Source of the DNA: Octopus sinensis
Lineage: Eukaryota
Direction: 5' to 3'
Length of the DNA: 64,000 bases
Assembly: GCF_006345805.1 (NCBI RefSeq)
Contig: NC_043007.1
Location: 45,012,001-45,076,000 of the forward strand
The position numbers were made by a program, and so were the translations under genes. The notes beneath the pieces are model-generated. The model worked only from the letters and a program-made list of their open reading frames with translations. It made no database searches and had not been told where the DNA came from. Every line of letters starts with the position of its first letter. Position 1 is the stretch's first letter. Positions 15,222 to 26,697 of the stretch are shown here, one piece after another.

Positions 15222-15556
15222 CGAATATATAGATAGATATATACATATATATGTGTATGTGTGCATGTATATATATATACATACATATATATATAGATGC
15301 ATCCACACACACACATATATATTTCCCATTCCTAATCTCTATCAAAAGAAAAAATATAAATACATTAATATCTTTCATATCTCTCGTCCTTTCTTTCTCA
15401 CTCTCTCTATGTGTCTCTCACTTTCTTCTTTACTTCTTCGCTCTATTGGTAGAATATATCCGGCTTTTAAAGGTAGCTCGCTACGATGTTCACACTGTGT
15501 TTGAAAATGTTCACTGGTTTACCTCTTGATTTCATCAAGTACATATGGAACCATAT

Positions 15557-15615
<59 letters not shown>

Positions 15616-16121
15616 TATATATATATATGCATTTATGCATGTACTTGTGCCTAGCTAATGTTTACTTGTATCTAGACACACTCAAGTACATTTCTCTGAG
15701 CTTTTCCTACGTACGAAAAACGTGGTATTTCATTTTCTTAGTATGCAGATTACAGACTAGTATGTACCAGGTATTTGCAACACTATATACATACATACAC
15801 ACACACATACATACATATATACATACATATGCACATATATACATGTACGTATCTCTATGCATATACATGTCAGTATATAAGTATATTCTATACGTATATA
15901 TTAACTGATACACATACACACATATATTCGTATATACATACACACGCATACATATTTCCTGCTATATACATATGCTTATACATGCATGTATGTGGGGTCT
16001 CTAAGCATTAACATAGAATGATATATACATATATTGACTGATGAGTTTGATGTGAACACATTTGAGATATCTCTTTCAAGATCGCTTCACTTGTTTCTTT
16101 TGAAATATTTCAATATATAGT

Positions 16122-17540
16122 TTATACTTTTGTTGTTTCACATTCGGTACTTGGCTGTAAATCCTCTTCCAGAGTATTTTCTTCGCCGTGTTTACTATCC
16201 GCTGGATGAGTTGTTTCTTTGGGAGTAAACCTTACCCGTAATCTGTACCCGTTCGTGTTTTCTTCTGTAATAATGGAACTCTGGTTTCGTTGTCTGTCAC
16301 CTGTTGGAGTTGGTACGTTGTTAGTCTGATTAACAAGATGATATTCTCGTCCACTTCGCACAGAACTTCGAGAGCTTTTGAAATCCTCAGCGACAGATAC
16401 ACACTCTGTCGGCAGCACAGTGCGTAAACTTTGATTCCTGTTCAGTCTTGGTATCTTATGAGGGCAGAAGACCTCCATGAGTCCTCTCTTCAGCTTAATA
16501 TTGAAAAAACCGTAAACCAAAGGATTCAACCCACTCTGTAAGAGGGCCATTGTTTCAGCGAAAGCAATCACCGTAGCTGGAATATCGTATTTGTAATTGC
16601 TGTATATTCGTATCAGATTGACAACAAAATATGGGGTCCAGCAAGCAATAAAAGTTGTTATAATACTTAAAGTCATTTTGATTGTTTTGATTTTGGCGCG
16701 TGGTATTGTACTGCGATTTGGGACACTCCTACGAAGCGTCCCTTCTCCTGCTGTGTTGACTATCTCTCGACTTGCTCGCCAAACAGCAAGCACTACATTG
16801 ATATAGAAATATGAGATCAGAATGGCCGGTATGATGAGAATGTATGTTGTCAAAAAGGTAAAATAAACTTTTCTTTGCCATTCTCCAGTGTAACCATGAG
16901 TTTGGCAACCATATTTTTTCTTACCATTTGGATGTACCCCTTTGATAGTTTGTACAAAAATGAAGAGCTGTGGTACAGCGAATCCGAACGCCATAATCCA
17001 AGCTGCTGCAATCGATATTCGAGCTTGGTGAATGGTGTTTCTAAAATTTAATGGGTTGCAGATAGCCATGAAACGGTCATAACTCATGGCAGTGAGTATG
17101 AAGGTCGTACTAGCTAGAGTGACAATCTGTAGGTAAGGTAAGATCTTGCACGCAGCAGGTCCTAGGACCCACTCACCAAAGCAGACGAATAGAATTTCTG
17201 TAGTCATGGTAGCGAAACACACAGTCAGGTCCCCAATAGCTAAATTTATAATGAAAATATTCACACGACTGTTTTTCTTCTTATATTTACTACAAGTCAG
17301 TACTATTATGATTATTGTATTTCCTATTAATGTAATGACCATGATCACAACTAGTGACGCGACACGTTGGATTACGTCTGGAGTCCAAATCTGGTCATCT
17401 AATGGTCCAATAGTGGTTCCGAACTGATTTAGTCCCGCTTCTGGACTATCAGTTATATTGGAGACGTTATAAGCAAAGATATGCTGTTCATTAGTCAAAG
17501 GTTCGACCATAATAACTTTGCGATTTCTGTCAGCTTCCAT
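16122..17540 (-). CDS. Class A (rhodopsin-like) neuropeptide GPCR, vasopressin/oxytocin-CCAP/NPS-GnRH receptor superfamily, 472 aa, single coding exon
   Basis: Seven hydrophobic segments; NLAIGDL (TM2), C..C disulfide pair, MSYDRF (TM3), IPRAKIKTIKMT before TM6, CWTPYF (TM6), NPLVY (TM7); N-glycosylation sequons NVS and NIT. The ORF track begins at a TTG (17687); the first in-frame ATG is 17540. Confidence 0.93.
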   Translation of the reverse strand: MEADRNRKVIMVEPLTNEQHIFAYNVSNITDSPEAGLNQFGTTIGPLDDQIWTPDVIQRVASLVVIMVITLIGNTIIIIVLTCSKYKKKNSRVNIFIINLAIGDLTVCFATMTTEILFVCFGEWVLGPAACKILPYLQIVTLASTTFILTAMSYDRFMAICNPLNFRNTIHQARISIAAAWIMAFGFAVPQLFIFVQTIKGVHPNGKKKYGCQTHGYTGEWQRKVYFTFLTTYILIIPAILISYFYINVVLAVWRASREIVNTAGEGTLRRSVPNRSTIPRAKIKTIKMTLSIITTFIACWTPYFVVNLIRIYSNYKYDIPATVIAFAETMALLQSGLNPLVYGFFNIKLKRGLMEVFCPHKIPRLNRNQSLRTVLPTECVSVAEDFKSSRSSVRSGREYHLVNQTNNVPTPTGDRQRNQSSIITEENTNGYRLRVRFTPKETTHPADSKHGEENTLEEDLQPSTECETTKV

Positions 17541-17962
17541 TATGTTTCCAGAATGTGGATGGACAAACAAACATATACCAGGTTGTTTTGGCTTGTCTTC
17601 TCTACCATTATCATTATAATTATAATTATTGTTATTATTATTATTACTACTATTATTATTATTATTACAAAGAGGATGTTTAGTCAACGGAAAGTATCAG
17701 CTTCTACCAATTCCTTTCCAGGATCAACGTCGACATTTTTAATAAGATATTTTCTTCTTAGGATTCCAGTCTTAAATTTCTAGAAAGCTCATGCATCAGG
17801 GATGAATAACAGACATTTTGTTACAGTAAACAGTCTTTGTGTTTATCTCAGGAATTATTGTTATTATTGGTTGTGTCGCTAGTTTTGCAGTGTTAGTCAG
17901 CTCCAGTAAGTATTAGCTTTCATGACCACTGGACCGACATCCAGGACCTAGCAAAATAAAAT
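17541..17962 (-). promoter_or_regulatory. Likely 5' UTR part of the GPCR coding exon with a splice acceptor and several uORFs
   Basis: Minus strand TTTTATTTTGCTAG|GTCCTGG gives a predicted exon start at 17947; at least five short upstream ATG-initiated ORFs precede the main ATG. Confidence 0.55.
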
Positions 17963-18371
17963 AGATGAATTAGTAGATTATAAATATATAACAAAACAAC
18001 TATAATTAGTAAATAAAAACAACTTTAACGCAAGTAACAAACAAGCAATCAAAAATACACAGAGAAAAACAAAACAAAGCGAAATATATCAATTTTTATG
18101 AATTTCTTTCAGAATTACAGAACAAACTTTTGATTGGGGAATGGAATTATAAATTTATCGATTATAGTGTATAAATGCTATTTATATATTTTAGCATTCA
18201 TACAAGGATGAAAGACAGATTTTCAGTTTTGAACTGGATAGATGGGAAATAATTATTAAAAAATGTAATGTGTTGCTCTACCGTCTCAACCGTCTACAGT
18301 GTATATATGGGTAATGCTGTTGCTTTTACGATTTTACTTTTGTGCCGCAAATACTCAATGCTGTATATTCA

Positions 18372-18498
<127 letters not shown>

Positions 18499-18783
18499 AA
18501 GAGAGAGAGCAATAAGAAAATGGAGGGGATCAATATAATATAATGTCTAAAAGTTGAACCACCTATTGATCTCCCCATTTTCTTATAGCTCTATAAATTA
18601 ATGGTAAAATATTTCTTTACCTTCACCCATTTAGTACACAATGCAATAAAAACACTTGTATATTGATAATTGGGTATTCTACCAGCAGTATATTGGATTG
18701 ATATTATTATCCCTTAGTTGGTTGAATTCACAACCTCTAACTTTCTTGGAGTTATATATACATACATATATATATATTATATA

Positions 18784-18818
<35 letters not shown>

Positions 18819-18828
18819 ATATATTATA

Positions 18829-18866
<38 letters not shown>

Positions 18867-20581
18867 GTATTTATTTGTGTATTCGTGTGCATATCTATGC
18901 TTAATACAAGATGCAAGATCCAAGTTTAAGAACTATATTTACGAGGTGTATTACAAAAATTTTGCACCTTTTATTTAGGAATTGCAGTAACAACAGTCCT
19001 AAATTATTGCAATTTTTGTATATCATTATTATACATCTAATACGTTGAGCTGTTAACTTTTAGATACTTTAAAATAGAAGAATTTGTTCATTATGTTAAC
19101 GATTTATAGAAAGTTTCGCGCTTAATGTGTTCGCAGTGTGTGTGCGCGCGCACACACGTACTTACAATACTTAAACACAAGTACAAGATATTCATAACAA
19201 TGTCACATCCACACATGCACCTGAATATGTTCTTACCTATCCGCGTGCGCACAGACATGCGTACATGCGTGCATACGTGTATTGATACAAAACAAACACA
19301 TGTGCACACGTCTTATGAATGCTGTACATGAATTTATCCTTAGAAAATCTAATGGTAAATACACACATAGAGAAATAATATACACATTCATACCAAACAC
19401 ACACACATACACCGCTCATACACACACTCTCTCTCTCTCACACACACACGTGTGTAGACACTCACATACACATGCATACTTATTCACATATATATCTGTC
19501 TAATCACTTCTCTCTTATTTATCCTTCTCTCAATGCTGTCTTTAGGGATGGATACACTGAACAGTTGCCCACGGGCCTCACGGGTCTAGGGGCCTAAATC
19601 AGATTTGTGCATGTTGTGGCTTACTGTCAATAGATGAATACTATAGGGCCTAGTGCCCTGATATTCCCGGGGCCCATAATGCTATTAAGACAGTCCTGAC
19701 TTTTCTCACATACGTTCTGTAATTGTTACCTCTTTTTCTCTACGACTTATTTGTGATTGTCACAAGAACATCTTGTGTCTTCTTGCTTGCAATTAAGATG
19801 CATGGATGCATATTGTTGAATGGTTCCCAAGCAATTAAATACGTCTGTTTTCAATTGTTTTTTTTAACAAAAAGTAAGAATAGAGACAACAAATGTATCC
19901 ATCATAAAAAAATACAAAACAAAACAAAGTCCAAATAATGAACAACGGCAAAAAATATCTAATACATCGAAAATAATTATGAAGAGGACAACAGCAAATA
20001 TGACACAAAATTCATAATAATTAACAACGTTATTATTTTATGTTACAATGGAGTCTCATAAAATTGATGAAAATTGAAAACAAACAAACAGGCGATTTCT
20101 TAAGAAATAAAGAAGTAAAACTTCCACTGAAAGTATATAAAACAAACTTTGCTCCAAGCAAAAAAAAACCAAAAAAAAACCAGCAAAAAACAAACCAAAT
20201 AAGGCGAGACACGATTGTGATTACATATCACCCCCACACCAATCCAGCAAAAACAACCCTTCCCCAAACAAGGGTATTTTACAGAAACTAAATTGATAAG
20301 CTGTGTCTGGGGAGAGTTATATTGTCTTAATACCGTATTACAAAAAACGAAGTAAATTGATATTGTAAAACCAAAATCTAGAATACTGTTGTTTTCCTGT
20401 TGTATAATTACTCCACACAGAGTAGCTGTATAGTAAGAAGTTTGCCTCCCAATCACATAGTTCCGAGTTCAGCCCCACTTAGTGGCACTTCGGGTCTCTT
20501 CTTTAGTGTCTTCTACTATCACCTTGGGCCACCCAAAAGTTTGTGAGTGGATTTGGTAGACGCAAATTGAAATAAGTCTGT

Positions 20582-20655
<74 letters not shown>

Positions 20656-20830
20656 TACTCGCACACACAGTTATATATATATTTATTTGCGTTTCTGATT
20701 ACTCCAAGAGTGCTTGACAACATGTAATTTAGCAGTTCGACGTAACAGACCGATAGAATAAGTACGAGGCTTCGTTATCTTATTTAAAAAAGAAGTACTG
20801 GGGTGATTTGTCCTCATCTTGTTTATTTGT

Positions 20831-20972
20831 AACACAACCTTTCGGCTGATATACCCTCCAGCCTTCATCAGGTGTCTCGGGGAACCTGGGTTCTCATTCC
20901 TAAGGTATTTTTGAATCTAACACAGGATCTAGGGGTATGTAACCCGCGTTCTTAACCACTATGCTATATGCC
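20831..20972 (-). mobile_element. SINE with a tRNA-derived head fused to an HHR-containing tail
   Basis: Minus strand GGGCATATAGCATAGTGGTTAAGAACGCGGG...GTGTTAGATTC, then AAAAATACCTTAGGAATGAGAACCCAGG...GACAC-CTGATGA-A-GGCTG..CAGCC-GAAAG-GTT-GTGTT. Confidence 0.75.
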
Positions 20973-21064
20973 CGTAGGCAATTATGGAGTGGATTTTAGG
21001 GTTTAGAAATTTAATATTTTCCTATCCGTCAAATGTAGATAATGTACATATAGATAGATCCATA

Positions 21065-21133
<69 letters not shown>

Positions 21134-22732
21134 GTGTGTGTGTGTGTGTGCATACATGTCTGTATATATATATATAATATATATATACATGTGTGTGAAT
21201 GTGTATGTATGTGTGCGTGTCTTGTGTCACCACAGATTGATAACCGGTATTCCTGTGTTTACGTTCCCGTAACTTAACAGTTCGACAAAGGAGTCAATAG
21301 AATAAATACCAGACTTTAAAAAGATAAGTAATGGGGTTGAATCATTCGACTAAAAGTTCTTTAAAGCGGTGCCCCAGCATGACCGTAGGTTAATGAGTGA
21401 GACAAGTAAAAATATAAGATGTATTTACATATATGTCTATTTTATACTCATTTCATTAAAATTTTTTTTTGAGTACGTGAGTATGTTTGAGATTCGTTGT
21501 TACCGTTTGTTTAGTTGTTTCGTATAAGCGCGGGCATGACTGTACTGTCAGGAAGCTTGATTTAGAATCTAATGCCCCTGAATTCAATCCCATTGCGGGG
21601 TAACACCACCCTGCCATACCTTCTGAGTGCATTTGAAGTACGGAAGCTGCGTTGATGCCTGTCGTATGTGTGTCGTATCCATAACTTAGTCGGTAGGCGG
21701 TTGTACTCACGCTCACGGAGTTGTGCTTTCGATTCCCTGACTAGAGGTGCGCTGTTCTTGAGAAAATAAAGACAAACATTTCATTTCAGCTTACATCAGT
21801 TTACTTAGGGTAAGTCCGCGTCGAAATGGTGTTCCGCTTAGGAGTACATTGGTCTGCCCGCCTATCTAGCATGGGGGCGGAGTCATCATTGGAGAGCTAT
21901 GACAATGCAAGATTGTGCATTGTGGCCAGCGGTGTAAAATAACACCCGATAATCAGATCGATACAGTGAGATGTGTATGTGTGTGTGTGTGTGTATGTGC
22001 ACACACACACTGGAATAACCATGTGTAAATGTATATGTGAGTATATAAATATATGTGAGTGTATGCATGACTCGTGTAATGCAATCTCGTGTAATGATGT
22101 ATACCTATCATTGTGTTTGCATATGATGTGCCCAGGCACATGTATGTATATGTGTGTGTGTGTGTGTGTGTGCTATGTATAATATATACACATATGTATA
22201 TGTATGCATATGTATACATAATGCATACACACACACGTACATATACATATAAAGACATACGCAAGTATGTGCGTGTGTGTAACATGTATATATATACTTA
22301 TATATAAATGTGTGTATATATCAGGTTTACATACGTGCATATGTACATACATACGTACATGCATACATACATACATGTATACATACATACATACATACAT
22401 ACACACATATGGCCGTGTATTGAGCGTCCCCTTCTAGGATTTCTACTTCCTTCTGCAACCTGCATCAGGTTTCTCATATAGGTTACCCATCGCCATTAGC
22501 CGTGACGCTACAAGTTATCTTTAGACACAAAACACTAATACAGGTTTTCCCATCTGTCTAGTTTGCTGCCAACAAGTCTTGAAGTTTACATTCGCTGGGT
22601 GTTGTATTTTTTATTCTTTTTGCTGTTGCTGTTGTTGTTTTTTTTTGGTAGTTAATGGACTGTACAGAAAAACAGACGTCAGTCGAGAACTGAAACCCAG
22701 TTTAATTTGTACATATATGTATCTGTGTGTGT

Positions 22733-22766
<34 letters not shown>

Positions 22767-23305
22767 GCATACACGCACATACACTTATATCTATAACATA
22801 CGCGCGCTCACAAGTTTATATATAAAACTGATGGCCATCATGCATACATACATACATGCAGACAGACAGGCAATCATATATGAATATATATTTATATGTG
22901 TGTGTATATGTACATTTATATAGATGCATTAACAATGTATATAGTCACTATTTAGATAAAATAAAAAGCAATGAATCTAAATTTAACTCCAGACAGTCGA
23001 AGGAACTTAAAATAAACTTTCTAGAAATATTTTTCTAGAATTCGTGGCCTTTTCCTCAGGTTTGTTGAAAGTTGTAATTTATATAATATTATAACAAGAT
23101 AAAAAAAAAAGTTAATACATATTTTCTGAGAAAATTCTTGAAACTTTTAAACAAAGGTGGAGGCGTGGGTCTGTGCTTCTCAACCACATGGTGCCAGATC
23201 TAGTCCCACGGCGTGGTACCTTGGGCAAATGTCTCCTTCTATAGTCTCGGGTTGACCAAAGCCTTGGAAATAGATTTGGTAGATGGAAACTGAAAGTAGT
23301 TCGTC

Positions 23306-23354
<49 letters not shown>

Positions 23355-23524
23355 ATTTAATTATTTTATTTGTTTCAGGCATTTGACTGCGGTCATGCTG
23401 GAGCACCGCCTTTAGTCGCTTATCGGTCGCTTTTGTCGAACCGCTAAGTTATCGGGATATAAACACAGCAACATCGGTTGTCAAGCGATGGCGGGGGTGG
23501 GAAGACAACCACAGACACACAAAC

Positions 23525-23568
<44 letters not shown>

Positions 23569-23727
23569 CCGACAACCCTCTTTCACTTTCCGTCTACCAA
23601 ATCCACTCACAAGGCTTTGGTTGGCCAGAGTGGCCTCTTGGGCAAGTATCTTCTACTATAGCCTGGGGCCAACCAAAGCCTTGTGAGTGGATTTGGTAGA
23701 CGGAAACTGAAAGAGGCCTGTCGTATA

Positions 23728-23759
<32 letters not shown>

Positions 23760-23891
23760 CATCCGAAATTGCGAAGATGATCCGGTTCTTGACTGATGAC
23801 TGAGGGCTTTGAATGTCCCGTCCTGTGGTTCTTGTGTCGTCTTCTAGGTGTTTCACGTTCTTGTCCCAGTTTGTATATATTTTTTACTTTT

Positions 23892-23963
<72 letters not shown>

Positions 23964-24084
23964 AGTATATGTTTGTGTGGGACTGAACCCAGAACCATGT
24001 GACTGATAAGCAAGCTACTTACCACATAGCCACTCCTATGTATATAGAAGACACGCCAGATTAAAAAGTTTTTGAAATACAAAG

Positions 24085-24380
24085 GTCAGAGAATGAATGG
24101 AAGAATGGAGACCACCTCTCTCTGTGGGATGCAGTTAAAATAATAGAGAGAGAACATCACTGGAAAATATGAAAACTAAAAGAAGCAGCACATATGCTGG
24201 GACACAACAAGCTCCTAAGTAGACTGAGTGAAACTAGAAATTTGGAATCCAGTTAGTACTTACAGGAGTGGAAGCTAAAATATTAAGGGACAAAGTATTC
24301 TATAGTGTGATGCATTTCTTAAACACAAGTGAAGGTAATTATATTGATGATGGGCCAAGACTGAATTACAAAGATACCAG
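24085..24380 (+). mobile_element. Penelope-like element remnant: C-terminus of GIY-YIG endonuclease followed by a degraded HHR-like motif
   Basis: From 24107: GDHLSLWDAVKIIEREHHWKI*KLKEAAHMLGHNKLLSR, matching the PLE C-terminal pattern H..W..v.Ii.rE..w..RklkEA (the TGA is probably CpG-decayed CGA). TTGATGATGG..CTGAAT follows at 24344-24366. Confidence 0.65.
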
Positions 24381-25811
24381 AAGCCTTTCTCCTCTTCATG
24401 CCATTTGCATTATATATTTTCACTTTACATTAACACAAGGCTACCACACTTAGAGAGGAGGTGTAATTGATAGATTTACTTTAATTTACTATGAACCATA
24501 TCAGAACAGCACCTTCAAAAGTTCTTATCCAACCACATTACCCCAGTATTCCAAATTTCTAGTTACTTCCCAAGCAGGTTTATTCAGTTTTTTATAACTT
24601 TTGATTCATATGCATTCCCAGTTATGCAGGACAGGATCATCCTTGATCAAGGAAACCTGCAGTATTCCAGCAATTGACTATTTTGTGGAATTTTCAGACA
24701 CAGTGTATTTACAGTTTTCAGTTGGTTCACTTTTTCTTTTTAAGACTATACAATGTGGTTCAAAGAAGACTGGGGCACTGTTTTTAGCCAATTGAATACC
24801 ACTTACAGTCTCCTTCATTGTTTATGGAGTAAGTACAAACAATAGTGTGGCTGAAATAGAAATGAAGGTGAAACACATTGCAGTTCTAGTTACATCTCTA
24901 TATGTCATGAGTTCAACTCTCACTGAAATTCATTAAAACTTTTATTCTCCATGGATAATCAATAAGATAATACCAATAGTATAATGAAGTTAATTTAACG
25001 GACTATACAAACGGAAATTTGTGACCTAGCACTAAGCTAAAAAAGATCAACGTAAATAGAGTAAAATGTTTCAGTTTAAAAAAAGACAATATTTACCTTT
25101 TCTATTGAAGATCAGGAGCAGATGATCCCATGTAAACCTTAAGGTCTTCTGCTGTGCCTTTAATTAGTTTACAAGGAATGCTTCTCTCCTGTAAAGATGT
25201 GTATGCTTCAATTCTGTGTCAACCACCAAATGAATAATAATAGTTTCCACCTTCTGATCCTGTGATCCACAAAACATCAATGGGTGGCACGAGATGTCTG
25301 GTATTGGGATTCTGCAACGATTAAAATATTAAAACACATGAGTATGTATGTTTATGTTTATAAGTATGTATGTTTATATAAAGACCCATCCTCCACAGCA
25401 GAAGTGTTGTTGTTGCTTCCCCTGGTGAATAAGATTGGTGCCACACAAAAATCACTTAGGCCAGTGCCACGTAATTCACTGTAAAGTGGTTGGTATAAGG
25501 AAGGGCATCTACCCATAGAACTCAAGCCAAATCAAACTGGAACGTAGTACAGCTCTCCTGCTTGTCAGTTGTCGTCAAACTGCTCAACCCATTCCAGCAT
25601 GAAATACAGACATTAAAGGATGATGATGATCATCATCATCATTGAACATCTGTTTTCCATGCTGGCATGGGTTGAACAGTTTGACAAGTGCTGGTCAACT
25701 GAGGAATGGTCCACACTCCAATAGCCTGTTGTGGCATGGTTTCTATAGCTGGATACCCTTCCTAATACCAAAAGCTGGGTACTTCTTACGTGCCACTAGC
25801 ATGGATGATGA

Positions 25812-25892
<81 letters not shown>

Positions 25893-26296
25893 CATACATA
25901 TACGTGTAAACTGAAAGAAGCCCATCATGTCTGTGTGTGTGTGTCCTTGTCTTGACATCACGTGATGGTTGTAATTGAGTATCACAGTCATACAAGTGAC
26001 GTTGTTCATTTCCAATCTTCCATGAAAAACATGTCTAGCAATGGGAAAAAATATTACCTTGTTTGGAAACAGATGAAGATGTGAATTTGTTTATTAAATG
26101 ATATTTATCGGTTACAGGATGGAGTACTTTCTTTGTTGATGTTAACCAATAACAGAACAGTACACACTATATATATATATATGCATATGTATAAATACAT
26201 GTATATGCATTTATATGTATATATACTTACATACAGATGTATATGTATACATACATAAGTATACATATATATATATATATATATATAATATATATA

Positions 26297-26343
<47 letters not shown>

Positions 26344-26697
26344 ATATATGCATATGTATAAATACATGTATATGCATTTATATGTATATATACTTACATA
26401 CAGATGTATATGTATACATATACATATATACATGCATTTGCATACATATTCATATCTATATACATGTATACATATATACACACATATATACGTACATATA
26501 TGCATACATACATACATACATACATACATACATACATACATACATACATACATGCATGCATACATACATGCATACATACATACGTACATACCTACATACA
26601 TACATACATACATACATATTATACTGAAAAACACTATTTGACCTAAATAAATAAAATAGGGTTCAGCCAGGTATTAAGAGAAATCATAAACCAGCAA

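Noticed and set aside
16025-16055. CTGATGAGTTTGATGTGAAC near the GPCR 3' end
   Set aside because: No GAAA and no stem I or III pairing; chance match.
16122-17687. 521-aa ORF-track version of the GPCR with a poly-Asn N-terminus
   Set aside because: It starts at TTG and runs through an (AAT)n microsatellite; the first ATG (17540) gives a normal receptor N-terminus.
26170-26430. Local duplication of ~80 bp within TA-rich sequence
   Set aside because: Low-complexity slippage product with no further structure.
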